Counted from the first letter of the whole stretch, positions 29,284-37,527 are shown. The stretch: DNA of 59,399 nucleotides, filler included, from 3 parts of 3 records of this genome joined end to end with filler, not necessarily neighbours in it; one strand, 5' to 3'. The notes: generated by a model not told the origin, from the letters alone. Numbers and translations: made by a program.

Positions 29284-30375
29284 TCAGGACCGAGGCTTTT
29301 TGGGGCCACCTCGGGTCTGAGCGGGGCGACCACCCCGGCTGGCGTCGGGGCGTTGACCGGGTTTGCTGCCGGGGCGACCTGTGGGTTTTCCGGACGGCTT
29401 TCCACCTGCGCGATCAAAGGATTTACCCGCAGGTTTACCGCCAGAGCGATCAAAAGTTTTGCCAGTGGGTTTTCCGGTTGAACGACCAGCTGGTTTGGCC
29501 CCGCCGCGTCCCGTGGGGCCGGCTGCGGGTTGTGCCGGGCCGGGACGTCCCGCCATGGTCGAGGGGCGTTTGCGCTGCGGACGAGTTGGGCGTTTGGGCG
29601 GGCCGTCAGGTTGTGGTTCAGCCTCTAGCCCCAACTGGTCTCGCATCACGCGGCGGCGGACTTCTTCGACCATGCCGGGTTTCAGGTCGCCCAGTTGGAA
29701 TGGGCCGTAAGATACGCGCATCAAACGATTTACTGTGAAACCGATGTCTTCAATCGCGCGCCGAATTTCACGGTTTTTCCCCTCGCGGATCGAAATGGTC
29801 AACCATGCATTCGCGCCCTGTTGCCGGTCCAGTGAGACCGTCATGGGCTGGAATTTTTCACCATCGATCACCAGACCACGACGCAGCGGGGTAAAGTCAT
29901 CCTCTTGCGGGCGGCCATTGATGCGGACGCGATATTTGCGCAACCATCCGGTCGAGGGCAGCTCGAGCTGGCGTTTGATTCCACCGTCGTTGGTGAGCAG
30001 CAGCAGACCTTCGGAGTTGATGTCCAAACGGCCGACGCTCATCACGCGGGGCATGTCTTCGGGCAGGTCGTCATAGATGGTCGAGCGGCCTTTTTCATCG
30101 CGGTCCGTGGTCACGAGGCCGGTGGGCTTGTGATAGAGCCACAAGCGCGCGGGTTCCGGTTCGCGCAGGGGCTTGCCCTCGACGGTGATCTTGTCCTTGT
30201 CGGTGACATTCAGCGCGGGGCTGGTGATTTTTGCGCCGTTGACGGTCACAAGACCTGCTTCGATCATGCGTTCGGCGTCACGCCGCGAGGCGACACCGGC
30301 ACGGGCCAGAACCTTGGCGATCCGGTCGCCTTTGGGGGTCGACGCAGGCGTCGCAGAGGGAGGTGTTTTGCTCAT
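29284..30375 (-). CDS. rluB: 23S rRNA pseudouridine synthase, RluB-like
   Basis: S4 domain (RIAKVLARAGVASRR), VGRLDINSEGLLLLTNDG and EGKNREIRR; G/K/P/R-rich tail. Confidence 0.92.
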   Translation of the reverse strand: MSKTPPSATPASTPKGDRIAKVLARAGVASRRDAERMIEAGLVTVNGAKITSPALNVTDKDKITVEGKPLREPEPARLWLYHKPTGLVTTDRDEKGRSTIYDDLPEDMPRVMSVGRLDINSEGLLLLTNDGGIKRQLELPSTGWLRKYRVRINGRPQEDDFTPLRRGLVIDGEKFQPMTVSLDRQQGANAWLTISIREGKNREIRRAIEDIGFTVNRLMRVSYGPFQLGDLKPGMVEEVRRRVMRDQLGLEAEPQPDGPPKRPTRPQRKRPSTMAGRPGPAQPAAGPTGRGGAKPAGRSTGKPTGKTFDRSGGKPAGKSFDRAGGKPSGKPTGRPGSKPGQRPDASRGGRPAQTRGGPKKPRS

Positions 30376-30437
30376 CCAATGGGCTTTAGACCATTCCGGG
30401 GGATTGCGAAAGGGGGGCACAAGGGGCAGGGTAGGGC

Positions 30438-30914
30438 ATGACCTTCAAATCCTATATGAATCAAGCGCTTGAGCAAGCACGTGCCGCCGCAGAACGGGGC
30501 GAAGTTCCGGTTGGGGCGGTGTTGGTCGACCCAAACGGGCAGGTTGTGGCTGTTGCGGGCAATCAGACGCGGGCCCAGTGCGACCCCACCGCCCACGCCG
30601 AAATCGTGGCCTTGCGCGCGGCCTGCGCGGCGGCGGGGTCTGAGCGGTTGGTGGGGTATGATCTGTATGTAACGCTGGAGCCCTGCGCCATGTGCGCGGC
30701 GGCGTTGGCGGCGGCGCGGGTGGGGCGGATTTACTATGGTGCGTCGGATCCTAAGTCGGGCGGCGTGGCCCATGGCGCGCGGGTGTTTTCCCACCCCCAA
30801 GCGCACCATAAACCCGAAGTGTATGACGGTATTTCCGGGGCTGAGTGTGAGCAGATATTGAGAGAGTTTTTCGCGCTGCGGCGCGGCGAAGATGGGTCTG
30901 ACACCGGGGGGTGA
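30438..30914 (+). CDS. tadA: tRNA adenosine deaminase
   Basis: GEVPVGAV, DPTAHAE, LYVTLEPCAMC and DPKSG motifs. Confidence 0.92.
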   Translation: MTFKSYMNQALEQARAAAERGEVPVGAVLVDPNGQVVAVAGNQTRAQCDPTAHAEIVALRAACAAAGSERLVGYDLYVTLEPCAMCAAALAAARVGRIYYGASDPKSGGVAHGARVFSHPQAHHKPEVYDGISGAECEQILREFFALRRGEDGSDTGG

Positions 30915-30974
30915 TATGCGTGCACCACACGTGCACCCCCCGTACACCGCCGCGGCGCAGCATGTTGTTGGTGG

Positions 30975-31599
30975 TTAAGCTAGTCCGTTTTTAACGATTT
31001 CCGCGTTCATCCAGTGCGTTTCACTTTGCACATGATTGGGGCGAACAAATTTGCCTAGATTGGTCGGCATTTGCGTCACTGTGAAGGCTGTCGAGGTGCG
31101 AACCACAAAACCCTCTTTTGTTGTGAGATCGAGGCCTGCGATGATCGCGTCTTTCTTAGCCTCTGAGAAAGGTCCGCGATAGAGGACTGGAACACTGGCT
31201 ATTCCAAGTTCGCTGAATTTGGCCACGGTATCATCCCAAGATTGAACCACGTCATCGACGATCCAGGCGAAACCTAAGAAATAGCTGGGCAGGTTGTCAT
31301 AGCTGATTGAATGATGCGCAAAGAGATATTCACCGACGATGCGTTCGTTGGGGGTGAGCATTGGGGATATACCTGCAGCGAAGGCTTTCACCCAGTCGCG
31401 AGAGGGGTGCCACCCGCGCGTCTGGGCTGCGCGGGTGGCACCCCTCAGAAAAAATCGTGGCGTTTTCACCGTCCATTTTTTCGGTAATGACAACCTCTGC
31501 TGCTGCGAGGAGAGGTGACATGTCGTGCATGATTTTGTCATCACTTGTGGCACCGGGCGAACCCGGGAGGTGAAACGTGCGCCCATATTTTTTCGACAT
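30975..31599 (-). pseudogene. ATP-dependent RNA ligase family protein, frameshifted (+1 nt at ~31411-31414)
   Basis: N-half (KYGRTFHLP, TEKMDGEN = motif I) is in ORF 31330..31638; C-half (HPSRDW, GEYL, EGFVVR, GKFVR) is in ORF 30975..31880. ATG-to-stop is 625 nt (3n+1). Confidence 0.88.
31402..31446. repeat. Perfect 18-bp inverted repeat inside the RNA ligase gene
   Basis: GAGGGGTGCCACCCGCGC-gtctgggct-GCGCGGGTGGCACCCCTC. Confidence 0.97.
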
Positions 31600-31867
31600 C
31601 GGTTTGGGCGCCTTTCTCTGGAAATAGTTGTTTTCCATTGTTTATGAGTTCGTTGCAGGAAATCAAGTCGCAGCTGTGTAATGGTGATGGATGAAACGAA
31701 GCTTGCGCATGAGACGGGGTTAACCTCAAGCGATGTCACCGGGCAAATGGGATAAGGGAGGTGCAAAAACAGCCCTGAATACTTCAAGCATAAAACATCT
31801 TGACGGAAGGTCGGGTTTCTAGAATGTCTTGAGTCGTAATCTGTGTGCGAACAGGGGGAGAGCAAGC

Positions 31868-33091
31868 ATGTCATGGCCATCCAATTCTGGTGTTTCCGAC
31901 GAACAACGACAGGACTGGAAGGACCGGTTTGCCGAAAGCGATGCGGCGGCGGGGATTGAGGTTACGGAGGATTTCGAGCCGTTCAAGCAGCGCAATGACA
32001 TGTTCACGCGGGCGTTCTGGGATGAGAGCGTGCGCAGCAAGCAGACGGATGCGTTTTTCTCGAGCTATCGGATGAAGGCGAGCTATCGCAAAGGCGATGG
32101 GTTCCGGCAAAAGGATTTCGCGCTGCGCAATGCGAGCTGGTTGATTTCGGACATCATCAGCAACCGGGGCGGGGATAGTGGCAAGCGCGAGGGGTTTCAG
32201 GCTCCGATTGATAATGACACGCCGGTGGCCGAGGCGCGGGTTGAGATTGACGATCCTAAGTTGATGAGCGCTGAAGTGAAGCGCATTGCCAAGTTCTTTG
32301 GCGCGGATCTGGCGGGGATCACGGCGATGGACGAGCGGTGGCTGTATTCATCGCGGGTGGATACACGGGATTTCTCGGAGGCGGAAAACGAACTGCCTGA
32401 GGGGATGACCAGTGTCATCGTTTTGGGCCATCAGATGGATAAAGAGCTGGTGGCGACGTACCCATCGGCCTTGGCCGGGGCGGCGACGGGGCGCGAGTAT
32501 TCCCATGAGGCGGCGATCATCATGCAGTTGGCGGCCTATATCCGCAATCTGGGGTATGAGGCGGTGGCATCGATGAATGACACCGGCTTGGTCATTCCCT
32601 ATGCGATCAAGGCGGGGTTGGGGGAATATGCCCGCAACCAGCTGGTGATCACGCCGGAGTATGGGCCGCGACTGCGGTTTTCCAAGATTTTCACCAACCT
32701 GCCGCTGGATCATGATCTACCGGCCAAGCTGGGTGTCGAAGAGTTCTGTAACATCTGCACCCAATGTGCGGATGCTTGTCCGGCCAAGGCGTTGCCGTTT
32801 GGCGAAAAGACGGTGAGCGAGGGGGATGCGGCCTCGGCCATCAAGGGGGTGCGCAAGTGGACCTCGGATGCGAAGGCGTGTTTTGGCTATTGGGCCAAGC
32901 TGCAGTCGGATTGTGCGATCTGCATGCGGGTGTGTCCGTTTAACCGAGAGTTTGATACGTGGCAGAACAAGCTGTGGCTCAAGGTGGCGTTGTCGCGGTG
33001 GCGCGAGTGGGCGCTGTGGTGGGACAAGCGCAGCAAACGTGCGGACCGGCTGAAGCCCAAGGAGTGGTGGGGTGGATCGCCCGAGGCCTGA
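31868..33091 (+). CDS. Reductive dehalogenase (RdhA-family cobalamin / 2x[4Fe-4S] protein), no TAT signal
   Basis: KFFGADLAGI, Y...LAAYIRNLGYEA, AGLGEYARNQLVITPEYGPRLR, CxxCxxCxxxCP and C-x10-CxxCxxxCP. Confidence 0.88.
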   Translation: MSWPSNSGVSDEQRQDWKDRFAESDAAAGIEVTEDFEPFKQRNDMFTRAFWDESVRSKQTDAFFSSYRMKASYRKGDGFRQKDFALRNASWLISDIISNRGGDSGKREGFQAPIDNDTPVAEARVEIDDPKLMSAEVKRIAKFFGADLAGITAMDERWLYSSRVDTRDFSEAENELPEGMTSVIVLGHQMDKELVATYPSALAGAATGREYSHEAAIIMQLAAYIRNLGYEAVASMNDTGLVIPYAIKAGLGEYARNQLVITPEYGPRLRFSKIFTNLPLDHDLPAKLGVEEFCNICTQCADACPAKALPFGEKTVSEGDAASAIKGVRKWTSDAKACFGYWAKLQSDCAICMRVCPFNREFDTWQNKLWLKVALSRWREWALWWDKRSKRADRLKPKEWWGGSPEA

Positions 33092-33093
33092 GG

Positions 33094-33228
33094 TCAGAGA
33101 CCTTGGTACAGATAGGCCTCGCGGTTGGCGCGGTGGTATTCCAGCGCCTCAGGATCGACGTTTGAGGGATCGCAGGCGGTCAGCACCATGAGGCTGAAAC
33201 AGGCGATAGTCACTTTGACGATGGACAT
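33094..33228 (-). CDS. 44-aa small lipoprotein (not in ORF track)
   Basis: MSIVKVTIACFSLMVLTAC-DPSNVDPEALEYHRANREAYLYQGL*, lipobox LTAC, AGGAGG RBS. Confidence 0.72.
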   Translation of the reverse strand: MSIVKVTIACFSLMVLTACDPSNVDPEALEYHRANREAYLYQGL

Positions 33229-33468
33229 GGGCGTGGCCTCCTGACTTTTTGAACGTGTGCACTTGCAGAATGAGCCGTTGTAGCGGCAAAGACAAACAGG
33301 TGTTTCCAGTTATCTGGGGCATTTTAAGAGGTTTGTAAGGCCAAAACGACAGCCAAGGCTTAGTCTACCCGCGTGCCGTTGGGGACAGGGTGTTCCGGCT
33401 GCGCCATCTCTTCGAATGAGACGAGGGGATTGGGAGAGGCAATTTCCGGCATGGGGCGGACCCGTTGG

Positions 33469-33891
33469 TTACGGGTGTTTGGCCTGATCTTGAAGCGCGG
33501 TCAGAATAGCCATGGCTTGGGTGCTGGCGCTGGCGCTGGCGGGAACAAAGACATGATCATGGTGGTGGGCAGCAACCATGTTGCAGGCGATGTTCTGTGC
33601 GCCAAGGGCTGCGGATACGGCTGCGGTCAAGCCAACCCCGGTGAGAGAAGAAAAGACGTTCAGGGTGATGCAGCGCATGGGGTCGTCAATGGGCAGGGCG
33701 TGGGATCGGGCCACATCGAGGGGCAGGATCAGCGAGAGACCTTCGGCCTCTTTGAAGGTAGCGATGGCTTGCGGGATAAGAGCGGCGGCCAGTTCGGTGT
33801 CTTGGGTGGTGGCAAAGACAAAGTCGCCCGCGATCAAGGTTGGGGTCATGCCGGAAATCATGTCGTGGGCGGATTCTGAGATTTTCTGCAT
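33469..33891 (-). CDS. ACT domain protein (DUF2241-type)
   Basis: FKEAEGLSLI, SSLTGVGLTAAVS and CNMVAAHHHDHVFVP motifs. Confidence 0.88.
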   Translation of the reverse strand: MQKISESAHDMISGMTPTLIAGDFVFATTQDTELAAALIPQAIATFKEAEGLSLILPLDVARSHALPIDDPMRCITLNVFSSLTGVGLTAAVSAALGAQNIACNMVAAHHHDHVFVPASASASTQAMAILTALQDQAKHP

Positions 33892-33948
33892 CTGGGCCTC
33901 TTTGTGTGGGGCATCGGCCCCGAGGGCTGGGGCCGATGGTTTGGTTTG

Positions 33949-35121
33949 TTAGGGGACCGCGACGATGTTGAGCGGGGTGTCAGCCAGAGCCTTTCCACCT
34001 GTTGGGGTTACAACAAAGCTTTCGGTGATGGCGACGCCCCAATCTGGTGTCCACAGGCCGGGCATTAAATGGAAGGTCATACCGGTTTCCAGGCGGGTGG
34101 TGTCGCCGGGGCGCAGGCTCATGGTGCGCTCGCCCCAATCGGGGGGATAGCTGAGGCCGATGGGATAGCCGGTGCGGTTGGCTTTGACGTAACCCGCGCG
34201 GGAAAAGCTGTCGTAGACGCAGGTTGCGATCTCTTCACAGGTGACACCGGGGCGGGCGGCGGCGAGCGTGTCGGAGATCGCGGTCAGCACCGCCTCTTCG
34301 GCGCGGCGGATGTCGGCGGGGACCTCGCCCAAGAACAGCGTGCGGCTGACGGGGCAATGGTAGCGGTGGAAACAGCCGGAGACCTCGAAATAAGTTGCCT
34401 CGCCCCGTGTCAGGGGGCGGTCGTTCCATGTGATGTGCGAGGCGGAGGCCTCGAGCCCCGAGGGGGCGATGGGGGCAATAGCGGGGTAATCGCCCGCCAG
34501 TCCGGGCAGACCGGCAATGCCTGCGGCCTGGACCTCGGCGACGAGTTCGTTTTTGGGGCGGCCTTCGCGGAAACCGTCGCGCAACACAGCATGCATATGG
34601 GCGGTCAGGCGCCCGGCTTTGCGCATCATCTCAAGCTCAGTCTCGCTTTTGACGGCGCGTTGCCAGTTCACAAGCCCGGTGGCATCGGCAATGGCGGTGC
34701 GCCCAAAGGCGGTTTCCAGAATGCGGTGGGCGGCGGCAGAGTAATAGTAGTTGTCCATCTCAACCCCCAGCGCGCCGGTCCAGTCGTGATCCTGCAACAA
34801 GGTGACGAGGGCGTCATAGGGGTGGTGATCTGGGTGCTGGACGTGCTCTTCGGGCCAGTCGAACAGGTTTTCCACGCCGATCCATGTGGTTTGTGCAGCG
34901 CCTGCCTTGTCCTGTGTGCGGCCCCACCAGAGCGGTGTGCCCTCAGACGGGACGATGACCACTTGGGGGACATAAAAGCTCCAGCCGTCATAGCCGGTGA
35001 GCCATGCCATGTTCGAGGGGTCGGCGACGATCAGGGTTTCGATCCCTTGCGAGGCCATGGCCGCGCGGGTTTTGGTCAGGCGCTGGGCGTATTCTTGGGG
35101 CGTAAAATCGGATGCAGGCAC
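33949..35121 (-). CDS. M24 (pita-bread) family amidohydrolase, ectoine hydrolase EutD/DoeA-like
   Basis: DPSNMAWLTGYDGWSFY, LVNWQRAVKS, SHITW, RYHCP, RTGYPIGLSYPPDWGE and ITES; GTG start after GAGGA. Confidence 0.85.
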   Translation of the reverse strand: MPASDFTPQEYAQRLTKTRAAMASQGIETLIVADPSNMAWLTGYDGWSFYVPQVVIVPSEGTPLWWGRTQDKAGAAQTTWIGVENLFDWPEEHVQHPDHHPYDALVTLLQDHDWTGALGVEMDNYYYSAAAHRILETAFGRTAIADATGLVNWQRAVKSETELEMMRKAGRLTAHMHAVLRDGFREGRPKNELVAEVQAAGIAGLPGLAGDYPAIAPIAPSGLEASASHITWNDRPLTRGEATYFEVSGCFHRYHCPVSRTLFLGEVPADIRRAEEAVLTAISDTLAAARPGVTCEEIATCVYDSFSRAGYVKANRTGYPIGLSYPPDWGERTMSLRPGDTTRLETGMTFHLMPGLWTPDWGVAITESFVVTPTGGKALADTPLNIVAVP

Positions 35122-35305
35122 TTTTGCCCCTTTCTCTTCCTCTGGCGGGATGGCTCCCGCATTTTGGGGTCAGGCAATGTTTAAACGGAAGCGCTGTCTA
35201 GTCTGAAAGCGAAACCATCGGGTCGGTGTTGGTTTTTTGCAAGAGAAAGAGACGGTCTAGAGAGAGCGGGTCAGGATCAGCCGGATCGTTTGGACCGGAT
35301 GATTT

Positions 35306-35335
35306 AATGGCGGCGACGCGGACAAAATCACCGTT
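35306..35335. repeat. 30-bp dyad site A (GACAAA core type)
   Basis: AATGGCGGC-GACGCGGACAAA-ATCACCGTT; 20/30 identical to site C. Confidence 0.6.
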
Positions 35336-35487
35336 GCCGAAATTGCTCATTTCATTTTTGTGGCCAAAAGGAGTTGGCTTTTGACGGCTTACCACGCCAA
35401 GCGATGCGCAACATAAACCTTGCTATGAGATCACTCTATGGACAATGCTCTGTTCGTACTGGTTGTTCACAGAATAAAGGAAAACCG

Positions 35488-35847
35488 ATGTCAGCGACAC
35501 TTTTTGATCGCCTTGGCGGTACGAAGGGCATTTCCAAAATCGCCTCCGATCTTGTCGATAATCACATGGCCAACCCCCTTATTTCTTCTCGGTTCGCTGG
35601 CAGCGATGCCGATAGTATGAAAAAGAAAGCAGCAGATTTCTTTTCTACGGGGTCCGGGGGGCCGCAAGTCTACGATGGAAAGGACATGTTGAGTGCCCAC
35701 AAACACATGAATATTTCTGACAATGAATATATGGCAGCCGTAGACGACTTGATGGCGGCACTTTCAAATTCCGGTGTGGGCGACGCAGAAAAAGCGGAAG
35801 TGCTCTTTATCTTTTACACACTTCGTCCGGAAATTGTTGGCGTATAG
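35488..35847 (+). CDS. Group I truncated hemoglobin (2/2 globin), atypical distal pocket
   Basis: TLFDRLGG, GSGGPQVYDGKDMLSAH (proximal His) and MNISDNEY motifs; AAGGA RBS. Confidence 0.9.
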   Translation: MSATLFDRLGGTKGISKIASDLVDNHMANPLISSRFAGSDADSMKKKAADFFSTGSGGPQVYDGKDMLSAHKHMNISDNEYMAAVDDLMAALSNSGVGDAEKAEVLFIFYTLRPEIVGV

Positions 35848-35848
35848 C

Positions 35849-35878
35849 ATAGTCTGCATTGGGCTCAAAGCCGCCGTT
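35849..35878. repeat. 30-bp dyad site B (GGCTCRAA core type)
   Basis: ATAGTCTGC-ATTGGGCTCAAA-GCCGCCGTT, 1 bp after the globin stop; 16/30 identical to site E. Confidence 0.55.
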
Positions 35879-35919
35879 CGCCGCGCCACCTCACCGGATC
35901 GGCACTCAGACCTGAGGTC

Positions 35920-35949
35920 AAGGGCGGTGGAACCGACAAAACGGACGTT
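35920..35949. repeat. 30-bp dyad site C (GACAAA core type)
   Basis: AAGGGCGGT-GGAACCGACAAA-ACGGACGTT. Confidence 0.6.
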
Positions 35950-36029
35950 GGCGTCTGTAGCTACGCGTTCAAGTCAAATTCGTGGGCTTGCGATCCAATC
36001 TGGGCGGACATTGCAACATACCGCCAATC

Positions 36030-36545
36030 TTATTTGTCCTCGCGATCTTCCATCCTGGCAATTAGAAACTGCCGAATTCCAAACAATAGCAAAAGAGGGA
36101 TTCCGATTTCGGAAAATCTCCCAGCGTTCACTGTAAACGTCCAAACGATAGATAGAAAACTCACGCCAAGCAATAATAACGAATACCGAATGACTTGTTT
36201 ACGGTGTTTGTTGGGAGCGCCGAGAAATCCATGTTTCGTAAACGCGGTCATCACGCATCCAGTTAGAAATATGGCAACTAGAACAAATGATTGAGCGTTG
36301 GCAATCAGCATGTCCGCCCAAGCATTCATGTCCAGAAAAACGAGAATTTCAATACTCGGCGTTATCAACAGCATATATATGTTGATTCCCAGTAATATGG
36401 CGTGTGGCTTGATTGTTCGGGTTATGTAGGCCGTACAAACGGCTGCGGCAAATATGGTACCAGACCATCCTGCAAGTCTTAGATCACCGACCCAGTGAAG
36501 GAGACCGAGAAAAAAGATTGAAGGCGTATTCTCGAACAATGCCAT
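36030..36545 (-). CDS. AT-rich hypothetical multi-pass membrane protein
   Basis: About 6 hydrophobic segments; visibly lower GC than flanking genes; start at ATG 36545. Confidence 0.7.
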   Translation of the reverse strand: MALFENTPSIFFLGLLHWVGDLRLAGWSGTIFAAAVCTAYITRTIKPHAILLGINIYMLLITPSIEILVFLDMNAWADMLIANAQSFVLVAIFLTGCVMTAFTKHGFLGAPNKHRKQVIRYSLLLLGVSFLSIVWTFTVNAGRFSEIGIPLLLLFGIRQFLIARMEDREDK

Positions 36546-36625
36546 CAATAAGGAACGCTGGCGAAAAGTGATCAACAGTATTTCTCCCGGAAGAGTTGCT
36601 GTAATAACGCGCCGGGAAGCCAATT

Positions 36626-36655
36626 AAAGTCAAGGAAAGGCTCGAACTGGGCATT
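36626..36655. repeat. 30-bp dyad site E (GGCTCRAA core type)
   Basis: AAAGTCAAG-GAAAGGCTCGAA-CTGGGCATT. Confidence 0.5.
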
Positions 36656-36779
36656 GAATTGCTGCGCTCTTCGCTTCCTCTTTTTCGCGCGCGGGTTCGA
36701 ACTCTTTGGGTGCCTAACTCGCTCTGCCGTCCGAAAAAAGAGTCCAAATCCAGCGGCAGATCTACCCTGTCAAATACCC

Positions 36780-36808
36780 AAAACAGAGCCAACGGTGGGC
36801 GTTGGCTC
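36780..36808 (-). terminator. Intrinsic terminator of the MBL hydrolase gene
   Basis: GAGCCAACG-N5-CGTTGGCTC followed by TGTTTT on the minus strand. Confidence 0.6.
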
Positions 36809-36834
36809 CGGGCTCGGGTGCATGGGGGGGAGAC

Positions 36835-37527
36835 TCAGAGTGTGATGGCCTTCATCACCTCGGGTTCGATCACGTCTACCTCGGGCAGGGCGTCGATCAT
36901 CACTTGTGCGGACTGTTCCAAAATCGGGAAGGTTTTGTAGTGGCAGGGGATCACTGTTTTGAAGTTGAAATAGCGTTTTGCCGCGTAGGCTGCGCCCTTC
37001 ATATCCATGGTGAAATGGCCCCCGGCGGAGAGAATGCCGATGTCGGGTTTGTAGTAGTCGCCCATCCAGTCCATGTCGGCCATGATGTCGGTATCACCCG
37101 AGACGTAGAGCGTTTTGCCCTCGGATTGAATCATGAAGCCGACCTCGGTTCCGCCCGTGCGAATGCCGTCTGGGGTGTTGAAGGTCGAGGAGTGTGAGGC
37201 CGCGACCATCGACACGTGGACCCCGTTTAGGTCAACGGTGCCGCCCTTGTTGAAACCAACGGTGTCGACGCCTTCGGTTTCGCCCCAATAGCCCATCAGA
37301 TCGTATTGGCCGACCAGCGGCACGTTCAGGCGTTTGGCCAGCGCAAGCACGTCGATCACGTGATCAAAATGGCCGTGGGTCAGCAGGATATGGGTGGCGC
37401 CCGAAATGGCGGCGTCATGCTGATCTTCGGGGAGGGAGGGGTTGCCGGTCAGCCAAGGGTCGATGAGCAGAACCTGTCCTGCAGTTTCGATGCGAAAGCT
37501 GCCGTGACCGAGCCAGATGATGTCCAT
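36835..37527 (-). CDS. UPF0173 metal-dependent hydrolase (metallo-beta-lactamase fold)
   Basis: WLGHGSF, IDPWL, THGHFDH, HSS, SGDT and PCHY motifs. Confidence 0.92.
   Translation of the reverse strand: MDIIWLGHGSFRIETAGQVLLIDPWLTGNPSLPEDQHDAAISGATHILLTHGHFDHVIDVLALAKRLNVPLVGQYDLMGYWGETEGVDTVGFNKGGTVDLNGVHVSMVAASHSSTFNTPDGIRTGGTEVGFMIQSEGKTLYVSGDTDIMADMDWMGDYYKPDIGILSAGGHFTMDMKGAAYAAKRYFNFKTVIPCHYKTFPILEQSAQVMIDALPEVDVIEPEVMKAITL

Noticed and set aside
29284-31599. rluB + tadA + RNA ligase as an RNA repair operon
   Set aside because: Orientations are -, +, -; rluB and tadA are housekeeping and the ligase belongs to the accessory block.
31600-31867. Cobalamin riboswitch upstream of the dehalogenase
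   Set aside because: No B12-box or GGGAA/GCCACTG elements recognisable by eye.
33523-33540. (GCTGGC)3 run giving ASASAS in the ACT protein
   Set aside because: In-frame hexamer, too short to suggest phase variation.
35306-36655. Classical integron (attC) or XerCD dif sites
   Set aside because: No RYYYAAC...GTTRRRY ends, no TTATGTTAAAT XerD arm and no intI; kept as a different site type in findings.
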